Part shown: piece by piece, positions 49,551 to 64,000 of the stretch
Layout of the letters: each line of letters opens with the position of its first letter
How positions within the stretch are numbered: the stretch's first letter is position 1
NCBI GenBank assembly: GCA_051294375.1
Contig: CM119270.1
Location: 5,850,027-5,914,026, forward strand
Length of the DNA: 64,000 nt
Reading direction: 5' to 3'
Source of the DNA: Paraspadella gotoi
Lineage: Eukaryota > Animalia > Chaetognatha
Program-made: the position numbers and the translations under genes
Notes under the pieces: model-generated
Database searches by the model: none
What the model saw: the letters and a program-made list of their open reading frames with translations, nothing else
Told to the model about the DNA's origin: nothing

Positions 49551-50459
49551 ATCTGTCCGTGTTTCCTTCCTTTTTTTAAAAAAAAAATAGATAAGGAGTC
49601 TTGAGATTCCGATTGAAGATAAGTAAAGGCAGATAAGTAAAGAAGTAAAGATAAGTATAGTAATGTAAAAAAAATGTAAATATAAAAAAAGTTAGGTAGA
49701 TAATTAGATAAAGTCTTTACAACATACCGGAGACTAGAAAAGAAAACATAAAACGAGTGAAATAAAAAAATATTAAAGACAAGATATTTCAAGAAAAATA
49801 GAATGAAAGCTGAATGTTCACTAAATCAGTTGACAATGCTAAAACAAAAGGTTCAGATACGTGATTTATACATAATTTTTAGTTCTTAATCGCGGGAAAT
49901 TAAATGGTTTTGTGCTTTCACCCTTTGCTAATATAAATTTACAAACGAATAAACAAGGAAAATGGGCGGAAAAAATTAAAAAAAGAATTTACGACTAAAA
50001 TAAATTTAAACGTTTTTAGATTGCGCTGCAATGCATCCCTGTAGAATGGGTTTTTTTCCGCGACTTTTCGTCAAATTTAAAGATTGTTAGAAAAAACTAT
50101 ATAACTGTGAGAAAAATAAAGGAAAGAAAAGAGGAACACGATGGATTAATAATGTAATAATGTAATGATGATAATGATAATGATAATGATACGTAGAAGA
50201 GCCATGAAGTATACATATCAATGAATTAAAAAAGAGAACCTTTAAAAACCGATTATTTGATAAATAAAAATACTACGTTGTAGGTCGTTTGGCCCACGTT
50301 TTCGGGTTGATATTTTAACTGCGAAACAAATTGAGTCAAACGAAATCGATTTTTCTTTTCGCTCATTAGCTTAAAGGGTCACCGAGTAAGAAAAAAAGAG
50401 TTTTTTTTCCTTTACTCTACGTCTTGCTAACGACAATCTCTCTCTGCTCTCTCACTGAC

Positions 50460-50505
<46 letters not shown>

Positions 50506-50863
50506 GCGGTCGTCGTCTATCTCTCGTCTCTCTTCCTCGCCTCTGCTAGTTTCACTCATGGAATAGATTGAAAAAGCAATGAAAAAAAACTTTATGGTTT
50601 TGGATTTAAAAAGAGAACACAGAAGTTTCGACAATGGCGACAGTTTTCTCTATTAATTTTTGTTTACCGGCAAAAAAACGCATCAAATTTTAAAAATTTG
50701 TTTCCTAAATAAAAAAAGCTCGATTTTAATTATCCTTGTGTTTCTTTGTGACGCATACAATGTTGATCATTTGTCGGTTGAATGTCTGGTTGACCTTGTA
50801 ATTACTAGAACTTGTTCAATTGCTTAACAACTACAATAGCAACAACTACTCTTACATAAATAC

Positions 50864-50920
<57 letters not shown>

Positions 50921-51534
50921 AAGAAGTGCAAATACAAAATGAAAAACGAGCAAAGGAGAAAAAAGCGAATGACTCGATAGTCGATTCTAAATTCGTCTCT
51001 TTAACGAGTTTTAAAGACCTCATTAACATTTTTTTAATTCCCTCATCCGCTGCTAAAAATAACCAGTTTCCATCCGAAATAAATAAATAAAGTTAAATAA
51101 AGTTGCAAGCTTTTCCTCTCTCTCTCTCTCTCTTTCTATGACATTGGTACAACCAATATATAAATTATCCATTCATTTATTAAATAAGCTATCTTGCCCC
51201 TGACTTTGGACAGGTTTTGGTGGTTTAAGGCTTCCCTCACTCTTACAAGATAATGCCATAGCAGGCCCCCGGCAAGCTTTTAATTAAGACACTTTCACAG
51301 TCTCGTTTATTCACTCCCAGATTACCTGGCATCCCTATCAATGAAGTGGAACATATTTCACAGAATGTTTCAATTGTATGAAAAGACCACTCCCTTAAGT
51401 ATTAGATCGGGGAATACTATATTGTACTCCGCAGCATCAAAATACAAGGAGCTGAATTTCATAAAATTGGTACAACCAATATATAAATTATCCATTCATG
51501 AAAATTTAATAAATAAGCTATCTTGCCCCTAAGA

Positions 51535-51583
51535 GAGATTCTCTCCTCTCTCTCTCTCTCTTCTTTCTCTCCTCTCTCTCTCA

Positions 51584-51623
<40 letters not shown>

Positions 51624-51629
51624 CTCCTC

Positions 51630-51679
<50 letters not shown>

Positions 51680-52872
51680 GTTTGTTTCTTTCTCTCTCTC
51701 TGTCTCTACATCATCATACTACATAACATCTCTCTCTCTACTCTCTCTCTCTCTTCCTCTCTTGCTCCTTCTTGCTCTCTTCTCTCTCTCATCTCTGCTG
51801 TTTTCATGGGTGTGGAGAAGGGAAGGAGGGGTTGCAGGGGATGGATAGAGATAGNNNNNNNNNNNNNNNNNNNNNNNNNGCCCTGATTTTGGCTTTTTAT
51901 GTCTGTCTTCTTCGCTCTCTCCCCTCTCTCTTCTCTCTCTGCTCTGCTCTCTCTCTCTCTCTCTCTCTCCTGGTATCATATCTCCGTGCTCCCCGAATTC
52001 TAAATCGAAGTCAAGAAGGATTCGTCTCTCAATTCGAAGTTGTTGCGTCTCTTCTTCTCTTCTCTTCTCTCATCTTCTCTCCTCTCATCTTCTCTCATCT
52101 TCCTCTCTCTTCTCGTCTCTCTCTCTTTTCTTCGTCTATCTCTCTTTTCGTCTTTCTCCTCTGCTCTGCTCGTTCTGCTCTCTATCTCTCTCTCCTTTTC
52201 GTCTCTCTCTTCTCTCTCTCTCTTCTTCATTGTCTCTCTCTCTCTTCTCTCTCCTCCTCTTTCTTTCTTCTCTCGTCTTCTCTCTCTCTCTCCTTTTCCT
52301 TCTCTTCTCTCACTCATTCTTTCTCTTTCTTCTTCTCTCTCTTCTTTTCTCTCTCTCTCTTCTTTTCTCTCTCTTTCTCTCTCTTTTTCCCCCTCTTTTC
52401 CTCTCTTTCTTCCTTCTTTTTCTCTCTTCTCTCCTTCTCTCTCCTCTTCTTCTTCTCTCTTTCTTCTCTTATCTTCTCTCTCTCTCTTCTTCTTTCTTCT
52501 TTCTTCTCTCTCTTTTTCTTTCTCTCCTCTCTTCTCCTCTCTCTCTTTTCTTTCTTTCTCTTCCGTCTCTTTTCTTCGTCTCTCTCTTCTCTCTTCTGTT
52601 TTTTCTCTCTTCTTCTTTCTCTATCCTTTTTCTCCATTCTTCTTTCTCTCTTCTCTCTCTTTTTCTCTCTTCTTCTCTCCTTTCTCTTGCTCATTTCTCT
52701 TCTCCTCTCTCTTTCTCCTCCTCTCTCCATTTCTCTTCTCTCTTTCTTTCTCTCTCTTCTCTCTCCCTTTCTCTCCTCTCCCTCTCTCCTCTCTTTCTTC
52801 ATCTCTCTTCCTCTCTCCTCTACTCTGCTCTCCTTTTCTCTCTCTTCTTCTCTCTCTCTCTCTCTTCTTTCC

Positions 52873-52948
<76 letters not shown>

Positions 52949-53080
52949 CTCTCGTCTCTCTTTCTCTCTCATCTTCTCCTCTCTCTCTCTCTCTCTTCTC
53001 TTCTTCTCTCTCTCTCCCGTCTCCCTCCTCTTCCTCTCTCTCTCCTTCTCTCCTCTCCTCTCCTACCTCCCTCTCTCTCT
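51535..53080. repeat. long degenerate polypyrimidine (CT/CTT) tract
   Basis: About 1.5 kb almost entirely C/T; this is the source of the spurious 499-aa Ser/Leu/Phe ORF. Confidence 0.95.
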
Positions 53081-56000
53081 TCGGAAAGGGTGGAAATGGT
53101 GGGAGTGGATGGTGGAAAGAAATGAAGCGACGAAAAGACTCTCATCTTCTCTCAGTCTTTCGATTTTCTTCCCCACGAATTTTCTATTCTCTATTTTCTA
53201 TCTTCTATTTTCTCGTTGAATCTTTTCTTTTCTTCGCATTTTCGTCCAGTTTTTCGTTTTTGGATTTTTAGCGTTTCCCAATATTTTAATAAAATGTTAT
53301 ATAAATTTTGATTTGTCGTATATATTTCATTTTCTTCCTACACAATTATTATTATTATTATTAGCAATTTATTTTCGACTTTCTAAAAAAATCAGACTCT
53401 TTAAATGGAAGACTTTACTTTTTTTTAATTTCAACGGTTAATGGAAAAAAATATAATCAATAACTATTTTTAGCTTTTGAAGCTCATCAGGTGAGACTTA
53501 TATCTTTTTATAACTTATAACAAGAGCTAAAATACTTTGAGTCATATATTAAGATTAGAAGAAATTAGTTGTTAGTAAATTTGGCGATTTATTTTTGTGT
53601 AAAATGAAAAACAAACGAGAGAGATTAATGCGACGGACCTCGACTGGCGATGATTTTAATCGTTATACAAACTATCGAAGGCTAACACACACTCTTTTCC
53701 GATTAATCGTTTTTTATCACGTGGTTCAACGCATACACACCTCCGGGCAACTTTCACGTCACGTTTACGCACAGATTATCGTCACGCAGCGCATTCACAG
53801 AGACGCGCTCTACTATATAAAATGCTTTCAGACCTCTCCTATTCGTTTCAAGTCGCTTGCATCTCCACATTCGCCTCCGAAATCGCACCTCTCTCTGACC
53901 GTGCTCGCTTCTTCGATTTGCTCGCTCGCGCTGTTAAATCGCTCTTCGTGCCTGCACGTCTGTCTAATCTTTCGCTCGCCTGGTCCGGCTCGCACATGGA
54001 TGTGGTCGTTTGAAATTGATGTCGGATGTTGCGGAAAATGCATTGACAGCTTACATACTTGAACCCAATCCAGTTAAATGATGCCAGCGAGATTGAAATT
54101 GCCGGGGAGCTGCTGCGGCCGTGCAAAGCTGGAAGTGTGGATTTCCGCAGCATTCGCCCATTTCTCACTAATTTTGGTGCTGATAATACTACCTTTTAGC
54201 CTTTCCTCTTCCGGCTGAGGAATGAAGTACGAACTTTTAAATTTTATTTAAGTTGCATATTAAAAACGTCTACGTTGTCTCACTCTACGCCGGCTAAAAC
54301 ATGGCTCCTCTGTGGACGTTCTTCTCTTGGCGCGCAGGCGGCTGCTGCCACTGCCGGCTCAAATGGTGGCTTTTCCTCTTTCTGCTGCGTAGCGCGCGGT
54401 TCTGGCCGCGCGGGACGGAAGCTCTCGGCGCCGAGATTTGCGAGTCTGACAGGTTTGGGGCAAAGTTTTTATATCCGTAAATAGATGCGATTCTACGCTG
54501 CGAAGAGTTGGACGGAGGCTGTGGACGCGCTGCCAAAAGGCCGCCGACAGCGTAATCCCGGGGCAGAGTTCCGCGCGCCATAACAGACGGTTCGGCTGGC
54601 CGGTGGTCGATTCGGCTGACGTTAGTATTTTCCTGCGCCGCGAAAGAAAGGATCTGATGTCAATTGCAGCTCCGGCAGAAATCTCGCTGGTGAACGAATT
54701 GATTGATACGCCAGTGGTGAAATGAAATCACGAGTGAAATGTGGAATGTGAGAGGAAATTTGAATTATAAAAGTGTGATTCGAGATAGTTTTTGAAATCT
54801 TGTGAATGTTGTGGAGAGTGAATAATGTTATGGAAAAATTATCTTCCTTATGAATGTAATATATATGAATTCGTGTTGGTTTCTGTTAGATATATATTTT
54901 AGTTTCGGCGACGATTGTTATTAGTAATCTGCTCTGGGAAATAATGAATTTGGCCGTAGACTACTGCTTGCCTTTTGGCGACCAATAATTTTAGAACTTT
55001 AGAACAGAAAGGGCACTGTCGTTTGTTCGTTTTTGAGATGCAGAATCGAAAATTAACCGAGAGGTGAATCCGACTTTGCGTTCCCTCCTGCTCTTCTTCT
55101 TCTCCTTTCTGAATTCGGCTTTCGTCGATTCAACTTACCTCGAGCGCCACATGAATACGAAGGACGCCTCTTACCTCCTCCTCTTCCTTCTCCTCCTCTC
55201 ACTCTCATCTCTCCTCCTCCCTCCCTACGGTTAAAACGTCGAACTGTTTATTTCAAACTCAAACAACAATTTGATGTTCACTAACTGTTCCCATTCAGTC
55301 ATGATTCAGCTCAGCCTGAGCCTCAGTGGACTGACGGGCCGGTCATTCTTACATCTTGCTTCTCTTCCAATAAAAAGCTTAATAAAATTATAAGCGATAT
55401 AGTTATCAGAACTTCTTTTGAGTTGTTCGATACTTAGAATTCTGGTAAACATCGCATATTTAGAAATTCACACTTTTTGCGAAATGAAACAAAAAATATC
55501 GCTAACTATCGTGTGACCTCGATCCAGTGACTCGACAATAAGTTACCAACTCAGCATTTATATTGAAACCAAAGTTATTATAAGTTATAAGAATTTGGAA
55601 ATAAGAAAATTACTGACAAGGAATTCAATCAAGGCACCTGTTTTTCTTAAGTTTCAACTTCAACTTAAAATATAATACAGTAAGGAAAATTTCAAAAATG
55701 CCACAAAAGAATTGAGACTCCCTCCGAAATGAATGGTACCATGTAAAAGATCGTTAAAAAACTGGCTTTTAATGCGGCGATGGGTCGAAGACTTGACCCT
55801 ATTGGGCAAAGGTGTACCCTGAAAGTCCCGAAATCTGGCCAAAGAGAACGGAGTCGACAGTGAAGTCAGTATAGTGTTGGGACTTCTGGTAAATCGAAGA
55901 CGATAATTTTTAATTTTTTTAATTATTTTCGAATGTTAAGGCATGTCAATGTTGGAAGTTTAATTGTGAAATTTGCAAATTACTTGGTTTCATATTTTCT

Positions 56001-56086
56001 ATTTTTTATATTTATAAAGGATTTAGTATTAATCTAATATTATTTAAACAAAGTAAATTGCTTTTTCTTAATTCTTAATTTTATAG

Positions 56087-59000
56087 GTTTCAGAGATGGC
56101 AACTTTTTTTCTTCTCCCCCATCCTCTCTGCCCTACGCGTGATTGAGTACATTAAAGGCGAGAACACTTTCGAATGGATTGTGTCTAAACGTCCCAACTA
56201 TATTTCTAAGTCGGTCACTGGAGATTAGGTTGGGGGTCATACGTTTTTGGATTTTTCGCCTCAGAACTCCGGATGTACCCGATTACTTAAAATCCTTGTG
56301 AATACAGGGGGGAAAAAAGTTTGGACCTGCTAAGCTATCAGGAAATTATCCCATTTTCGATCGAAAACAAAGCGTCAAAATCAACAGAGCAAAGAAAAAT
56401 CGATAAAAATCCGCAATTTCAAAAACTTTGTTTTGTTCTGTTTGTTCTGCTTTAGGGATGACAACGTCCATCCGCTTCGACGATGCTAGTTGAGAGACTT
56501 TACAGAAATCCATTCGGGTTAGTTTGGAACTATAAGTCTTAAGGGTTTCCAAAAAGGTATAGAGGCCTTATAAGGGCTATGAGGCTTTCATCACCGGCTT
56601 ACAAGGCTTATTAAGGGCTATGAGGATTATAAGGGCCTATAAGAACTTTTTCAAGAGCTGAAAAGGCTTATAAGGGCTATAAAGGCTTTAAGGGGCTATG
56701 AGAACCACACACAAGGTCTATAAAGTCACTTATGGTTTTGAGGCTGTGAAGAATTCTTTGTTTGCTTCTGCTTTGGCGTTTAAAATTATTTGGTTTAAAA
56801 TATTCGACTTAAAAAACTGGTCAAACGCCGAACGAGGGCGAAAAAAGAGGGAGAAAGGAATGCTCGACCTAATCTTTTTTCACAAAGCCTATTAAGGCTA
56901 TCATATTTCCTCGGAATCTTGGAAGCTCATATCCGCTCCGATTCAACCATTACAATATTAATCGCGTTATCTCTCTAAATATCGAATAAGCTTCTTGGAA
57001 CTAACAAAAAAAGCATGCTCTCTCCCATGACCCTGTCCTCCAGAGTGCGACGCGGCCACTCTGACCGCCAAGAATTCATTCCCCTCTTGGCGCCTCTCTC
57101 GTCAGACCGAACGCGGAATCCGTGAGGGCAGCAGATGGTCGAAGGCCTGCTCGCCGCCGCAGCCAGACTGGACGGCGCCCGCTTTCGAGGCTACAGGGTG
57201 CGGGTGATTGGCGGGAAAGATGTAATTTGGAATTATTATTATTATTAATAGTATGTTTCTGTTAATATTATTCTAATTTAATCATTTCTCATTCCCAGAA
57301 TCTTTAAAAAAAATAAAGTATTTTTTTATAACATTCAGTATTTTTTTTCTGACAGAAAAAGATTTGACATAGGGAGATTAAAAAAAATACACAGAACTAA
57401 AATGCTCACGCTGATTAAATTAAACTCGGTGAAAAAAAAATTTACCCAAAAATATAAATTCAAAAGGAAAAAAACAAATCTAAACGAAACGACATACAAA
57501 TTAAGATTAAATTAATTTAATTAAAACGCAACCGAAAACAGTCTCTCCCGATCGATCGCAAGTTCCATGGACGATTTCTCCTTCGGCACGTCAGAATTCA
57601 GATGGCGGAGGCCATTCCGGAGCTTGACTGCAAGACCGTTAGAAAAGGCGCAGCATAGAGAGAGACGAGAGAGATAAACTATTACACTCGACACAAACAA
57701 CAACGATTAAAAAGGAAAACGACTTCCAACAAAGATGCGAGACCCACCTCCGACGATGAAATGTCGACGCTGACTAGTCGATTCCGAGTGCGAAAAGCTG
57801 AGGATCGTCCGCCACGATTGGGGCTCAAAGGCCTCAGCGCGGCGTTGGAGGTGATAACAGGAAGACAAGAACATGTCAGATCGTCGCTGCCTCTCTTCAG
57901 GCGCGCTTTGGGAGACACGCGGGAGAATAGGATAAAAATCGCGCGCGGGGATCTGAGATCATTGGGAAACGTTAATTGGGAGCGGACGTCTTTCCGGTTG
58001 GTTCATGCGGAGATGGGAGAATTACAGCTACAGAATAGAATTCGTTCTCCTTCCTACAGTCTCTCTCTTGGTACAACGAAGAGAGAGGCATAATTGGTTG
58101 ACACAGAGAAATCTCTCGAGAACGTTTCTATTCGGTGGAACGCAACTTCCACGAATCTCGAGAACTCCTCACGATTGGTTCTTCCTCTGTTGAGGGATAA
58201 TGATGGTACAAAGGAATAATAAATAAGATATACAGAGGTATTTAACTCCCCCAATTCTCGTCTCTCACGAACGCCGCTCCGGATCAAGAGTATCGCGTCC
58301 GCGAGGCGCGCTTCATCCTCTTTCTTCCGCTCCATTCTCGGAAAGACGCGAACGATGGAGCATCTCCTATCCCATCGCCGTTTTGCTCCTTAAGGTCAGT
58401 CGCCCTTTTGCAGGAGCGAATCGAAGCTTTACCATCGTTTTTTTTGGCAAAATGCTGCTCCGTGAGCTTAGCTCTCTTCTAAAGTTCGGTGAATTTAGAG
58501 GAGCAAAGTCTGCTCATTAGACGACGACTAAGCTTTCTCTCCCGCTCAAATATTCATGAATGTAATATTAGAAATATAGATAGTAAAGAATTCTAAGTGA
58601 AAAAGGTTTTTTATTTCATTAATAATTTTTTTTTATTTCAAAATAATAAAAACAACAGGTTACATAAAGGTGACAATAAAGTGACAATAAATACATAAAA
58701 GACAATAAATACCTTAATACTAAAATGATCCAAAATGTTTAACGACCATATAAATGACATGTCACAATGACGTAATGAATAAAGGACCAAAACATGACTT
58801 TAGATTCGTAAATAACATAAAATGAACCAAAACATAATTAAATTTACTCACAACATATAAAATGCATAAAAGGGATCAAATGTATTATCATAACAATTGA
58901 TATAAATTTACATAAAAGACCTTGACCTTATGAACTAATATGGCCGTCAAAATCGTGTAACGACATAACAATGACATGCATAATGACGTAAGAATAAAGG

Positions 59001-62000
59001 TCTAAGACATGACTTAAATGATGTTTAATGGACATTAATAAAGTTTATTAATTTTATAATTTAAAAATTATGTTTTTCAGATTAAGAATGAAATATGTGA
59101 TAAAAACCTCATCGTGTAACTTTCATATCTACTAATTTTCTTAAGTTTTTGCTCCTCTAGGTGACGTAATTGAATGGAGCGAGGCCTTCTGCTCCACAAC
59201 CCCACTTGAGCCGTTATTTATTCTCCTAACGTAATGAATAAAGGACTAAACATGACTTAAATGAAGTTATTGACATTAATCAAAGTTTATTAATTTTATA
59301 AATTTAAAAAATTATGTTTTTCAAGAATTAAGAATGAAATATGATAAAAACCTCATCGTGGTAACCTTTCCATATCTACTATTTTTTAAGTTTTGCTCCT
59401 CTGGTGATGTAATTGAAAGGAGCGAGGCTTCGCTCCACAACCCACTTCGCCGTTATTTTTCTCCTAACAGTAATGAATACAAGGACTAAAACGACTTAAA
59501 TGATGTTATTGACATTAATAAAGTTTATTAATTTTATAAATTTAAAATAATGTTTTTCAGATTAAGAATGAAATATGAGAGAGAAGCTCATAGTGTAACT
59601 TCATATCTACTATTTTTTAAGTTTTGCTCTAATAGGTGATCGTAATTGAATGGAGGCGAGGACTTCTGCTTCCAACAACCACTTCGCCGTATTTAATTCT
59701 CCTAACGTGATTTTGTTATTACATAAACGCTCCCTCTTCCCCTTTGAAATAGCTTACCTACAAAATTTTTTATTTATGTATATGAAATTGGTACAACCAA
59801 TATACAAATAATCCATTCATTAATAAAAAAAAAAACTATCTTGCCCCTGAACTCTTGGACAGGCCTTTGGTTTAAGGTTTTGGTTTAAGGTCTTCAGTTT
59901 AATTTTTGTATCGGTTTTTCATCAATTAATTGATATAAATGATAAATCATTAATTAAATAAAAAAACCAACTCTTTGCTCCATTCCCCCCCCCCCGCATT
60001 TTTTTCCCGCCGCGCTCTCCAGGACGATAACCGGAAAGTTCGTCTCGCCATTTCCGAGATGAAAGGTCGTGTCGTCGAGCTCGTTTGGAGTCCAAAAGCA
60101 TCGGTCAAACACCTTCATCCGACCACAATCGAGGTAAGGGCGCCGTGAGATAGGGTTCAATTAAAAACGGTCAAAAGGAACAAATGAACGCCGAGAGAGG
60201 CGAAGCAGAAACGGAGGAGTTTTTAAAAAAAAAAAAGATTGAAAAGAAGAGAAATCAACGAAAATAGAAAAGATAAATAAAAACGAAAAAAAGATAAGAA
60301 CGAGTGTGAGAAAGTAAGAGAAAAATAGAATAAAAGATAGAAAGAGAGGAAAGCGAAGAAGGAGAGAGAGAGAGAGCGGAAAGAAAGAGGAAAGACGAGT
60401 GAAAGAAAGATAAAGAGGAAGAAAAAAAAAAACAAACAAAAAAAAAGAAACAAAAATAAACAAAACGAAACCTTCTAACAAAGAAACGCCACCCTTTTCC
60501 TCCCTCGCCCCAAACCTCACCCCTTTCCCGACCCCTCCCTCCTCTCTCTTCCCCTCCCCCACCTCGTTCGCCGCCAAAACCAAAAAAAGTTATCCTCTGA
60601 ATTCAAAATGGCGACTCCGCTGTCGCGTCGTAGCCCTCGTTACCTTGCTTTTCGCTCAAAAACTGGAAGTCGAATTCGTCACGAGTTTTTGGATCAGTTG
60701 TGTCTAAGGAACGCTGGGTGGATCCGGTAATTCGCCGGTAATGGGTCGTTGTGGTCGTTGTTGTTGGTTGTTCTGAATTGTTGACGTGGGCGTTTGTTGT
60801 TTGTTGGTCCTCGTCGAATTTCGATCGAAATTCCGGACGAGAGAAAAGATCGTCGATCTGGAGACGTGTTACAGGCGAGAAAACGTATCTAGCTCGTCTC
60901 TCTCGTCATGTCCCTCTCTCTTCCCAGTACTCATGTCATCGTCTCTCTCCCTCTCTCTCCCTTTCTCCTCTCTTTCTGGGACGAAAAAAAAGGACTACGA
61001 TTCTGGGGACGTTCAGGAAACCATCTCTCTCTCTTCCTCTGTCTTATTCTCTCTCTCTCTTTCTCTCTCTCTCTCTCATCTCATCATCTCCTCTGGCTCT
61101 CACTCTTGAGAATCTACGTTTTCTGACAATCTCCGTCCTGGTCTGGGAGTCCGCGACAACGGCGTCCCCGCAACATGAGACCCTCACAGAAATCTTCGGC
61201 CCAGGCGTGACCCTGGCCAAGACCTTACCACAAGATCGGCTGCGTTTGGGGAATGGAGGACAATTCTCCACGCGGATGAAAGCTTACGCTCATACTGCTT
61301 TTACACATCGCGTGCGTCACGCAACTCAGGTGAGGATAAGGAGGTGATGGTGCGATAATTCATTTCTTTTTAGCCTTCTCCGGGTGGAAAGGAAAGAAAT
61401 TGGCACAGAATTTCAGAACCCATTATCCGTTATTCAAACCCTCTTAAATTTAAATTAAATTTTTAAAAAATAACCGCAGATCTCTTCGCGAATGCTTGAG
61501 TCAATTTAAACCCTAACTTAATTGCTAACATAAATCCTTATCCCTACCCTAATCCAAATGTTTAAAGTTTTAAACTTAAAAAACAGATAATTCTGAATTT
61601 TAAATCTGAAGATAGGGCGCCTTGGACATAGACATGGTTAAATATATGTATTTTTTTTTCCAATTTTTAAAAAAAATTCAATCCATTCAGCATTAAGATA
61701 TTTTTACGATACTATTATCTTTTTTCATTCAGGTTGTAGACCCATAATGAATATAATTCAGTTGTGACCCATAATAATATTTGACTGGGATATTTACAAT
61801 TAGAAATTCCATTCAGGACTTCAAGCGGTCAACAACATATCATCGTCCCCTCATGAAGAAATCCTCTGCGGAACAAAAGTTGCCAACGTCAAGATTCAAC
61901 GTTGCCAGGAATCTTTGGGGTCAGAACTAATACTTTATTGTCAAAAGTTCAAAATAAACCTCATAATAATTGTTTTTATTTTTCCCTCTTGCTTTCTTAT

Positions 62001-63311
62001 AAACCAATCAATCAATCATCAATAAATAATCATCAATCATAAAAATATAATCCATAAATCAATAAATAAATAAATCAATAAATAAATCAATAAATAAATC
62101 ATAATAAATCATGAAATAAATTCATAAATAAAAATAAATAAATCAATAAATATAAATCAATGAATAATGCAATCATCAATCTTTGAAATCAATAAACTAA
62201 TTAATATTGTTTCTTTTTTTTCATGCGAATGGGTCCTTTCGTTTCGTCCGTCTACATCAGACAGAATTTAAACTGATTTTGGAAAGCGAAAGGTGACGCC
62301 TTCTGTCATTAACTTTCTTCGCTTGTCCATCTGTAAATCTTTCTAAGCCCTGTCGGCCAATAAATAATATCTGTCTATCTGTATATCTGTCTCTTAATGG
62401 AATGGATCGGTTTGTTGTATATCTCTTCTTCAAGTTCTGATCGGTTTGCCTGTCTGTCAATCAGCCATGCACTGTCGCGTCAATCAGTCTAATCCATCTG
62501 ACCGTCCCTTTTTGGCTTGTTTGCCCTTATATATCTGTTTCGTCCGTCTGTCCGTCCTTTCGTCCCTCTTCATTACAGCCATCTTCTTACACACCTCCCT
62601 CCGAATTTAAGTCTGATCGGTTTTGTTCTGTCTGTCAATAGCCCATCACTGTTTCATAAAATCAGTTCGTCCGTCCTTTCGTCCCTCTTCATACGCAGCC
62701 ATCTTCTTGCCCCCCCCTCCGAATCTTCAGACGATGAAGGATGACGAATGTCTCAGACTTCGCCCAGGCGGCGCTGGATGTGCTTGGCATCTCGGGGCGG
62801 AAAGTGAGCTCGCTCGTTCAAAATGGCGGAGAGAAAACATGGCGCCCGAAATGATTCCGCGCAGCGCAATTGCCTAATAACGTCCGAGCCCAGCTTTATG
62901 TACACAGAAATCAATCTTGTGGAAGAAGCAATCGTACATTTACGCGAAGAAGAATTTCAATTTGTTTCTTTGAAAATAGAATAACATTTTAAATATTAAA
63001 GTTTAAAAACTATATATTGTTCAAGAAGATGGTTTAATCCGTATCCGTAGTAATTTAATAAGCGAGCGCTAAAATGGTTAGTAAAAAAAACTCCGCCTTT
63101 GTCTGTGTTGTTGTTCGTTCGTCGTCCTCAGTCGTCCGTATTAGTTACATTTTCATAGTCGTTCACCGGCAAGTACAGCTTAATAGATTAAGACGAGCTG
63201 GTTGGCTTGATATCAAATGCCTGTTTTCCTTGTTTGTAGGCGGGCGATTTTGTCTCCAACTCTCAACCTGAACTAGAAACTGCCACTGAGCGTGAAACAC
63301 CTAAACTGGGG
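56087..63311 (+). CDS. putative multi-exon gene of unknown product (partly frame-disrupted)
   Basis: A series of GC-rich AG..GT bounded blocks. Clean phase-0 exons at 60023-60133 (DDNRKVRLAISEMKGRVVELVWSPKASVKHLHPTTIE) and 63240-63311 (AGDFVSNSQPELETATERETPKLG). Further candidates near 56087, 57044, 57542, 57901, 58060, 61110 and 62731, several needing frameshifts. Confidence 0.4.
56560..56702. repeat. ~19-bp minisatellite (GGCTTATAAGGGCTATGA-like)
   Basis: About 5 degenerate units. Confidence 0.75.
58985..59707. repeat. ~240-bp tandem repeat, 3 copies
   Basis: Units start near 58985, 59232 and 59471 ('taatgaata.aaggactaaa..gacttaaatga...ctccacaacccactt.gccg.tatt'). Confidence 0.9.
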
Positions 63312-64000
63312 GTATCTATAGGTAACATGAACTGCCGTTTGTCTGCACCATGCCGAGTCGAACGATGCGGGACCCATTGGGATTATTAATTTTATATCAG
63401 GAACGGTTCAAAACTATAGTAGATGGGGAACGCAAAAGGTAAATGTAAAGCAATACAATCTCTCTGCTCTCGTCGCCGTCTTCTCTCTCTCTCTCTCTAC
63501 TCTCCCTGCTCTCTCTCTTCCACTCTCTCTCTCTCTCTCTCTCTCTCTTCTTTATTTGAGTAATATAGATAAGGGCCGTTGCATCGATTTTCACGAGTCA
63601 CCCATTTTCGGATACGTATCTCTCCTTTTTATTTAATTTTCATGTGTTTCCAAAAATCGATTTTTTGTCATAAGTTATCAGTATTTTAATCCAGCGAATA
63701 GCGCTAAATTCAAATGCATTAAATAAATCCGTAAAAAATAATAAAAAAGTGTGTTTAAATAATAAATATAAAGTTTTCTTAAGTATAATTAAATCTGATC
63801 TTGCTTGAAAAGTTAATTAAAGATAAAATTATTGTAATTTTATAAATTTTTATATTTGTCAGTGAATTACATTAACAAATTCAAAATTTGAATCAAATTT
63901 AAAAAAAATCATAATTTTTCTTTCTAAATTATTAATTTTTCCAAAACGTATTTGGGGAAGTTTCTCAAATAAAACTTTTGACCCTTTCTATTGACAATCC

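Noticed and set aside
51772-53271. 499-aa ORF and overlapping 300+ aa ORFs
   Set aside because: Translations of a CT-rich tract that cannot contain stop codons; no real protein signal.
58985-59707. 240-bp repeats as duplicated exons
   Set aside because: AT-rich, full of stops and indels; no conserved reading frame.

Overview
This is an AT-rich, microsatellite-laden window of a eukaryotic draft assembly with many N gaps and local indel noise. Spliceosomal GT-AG introns and the EGF/discoidin domain content point to an invertebrate animal. Nearly all ORFs in the supplied track are (AG)n/(GAC)n artefacts. Hand-splicing recovers three well-supported multi-exon genes. (1) A + strand secreted protein made of three hevein-like (ChtBD1/CBM18-type) modules. 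(2) A convergent - strand secreted mosaic protein: signal peptide, 2x F5/8C discoidin, 2x EGF, 3x hevein-like modules. (3) A type II membrane O-fucosyltransferase-family (GT-B) gene. An unidentified, error-ridden + strand gene probably spans about 56-63 kb. Mobile elements include a complete 650-bp TRIM whose two LTRs each carry a 72-nt tRNA-Gly-like cloverleaf (analogous to 5S-carrying Cassandra), Helentron-associated HINE/DINE-like elements, a nested hAT MITE, a Kolobok-like MITE, a SINE, an LTR remnant with a PBS, and a LINE RT fragment. All domain and family calls come from motif recognition by eye; no searches were run.
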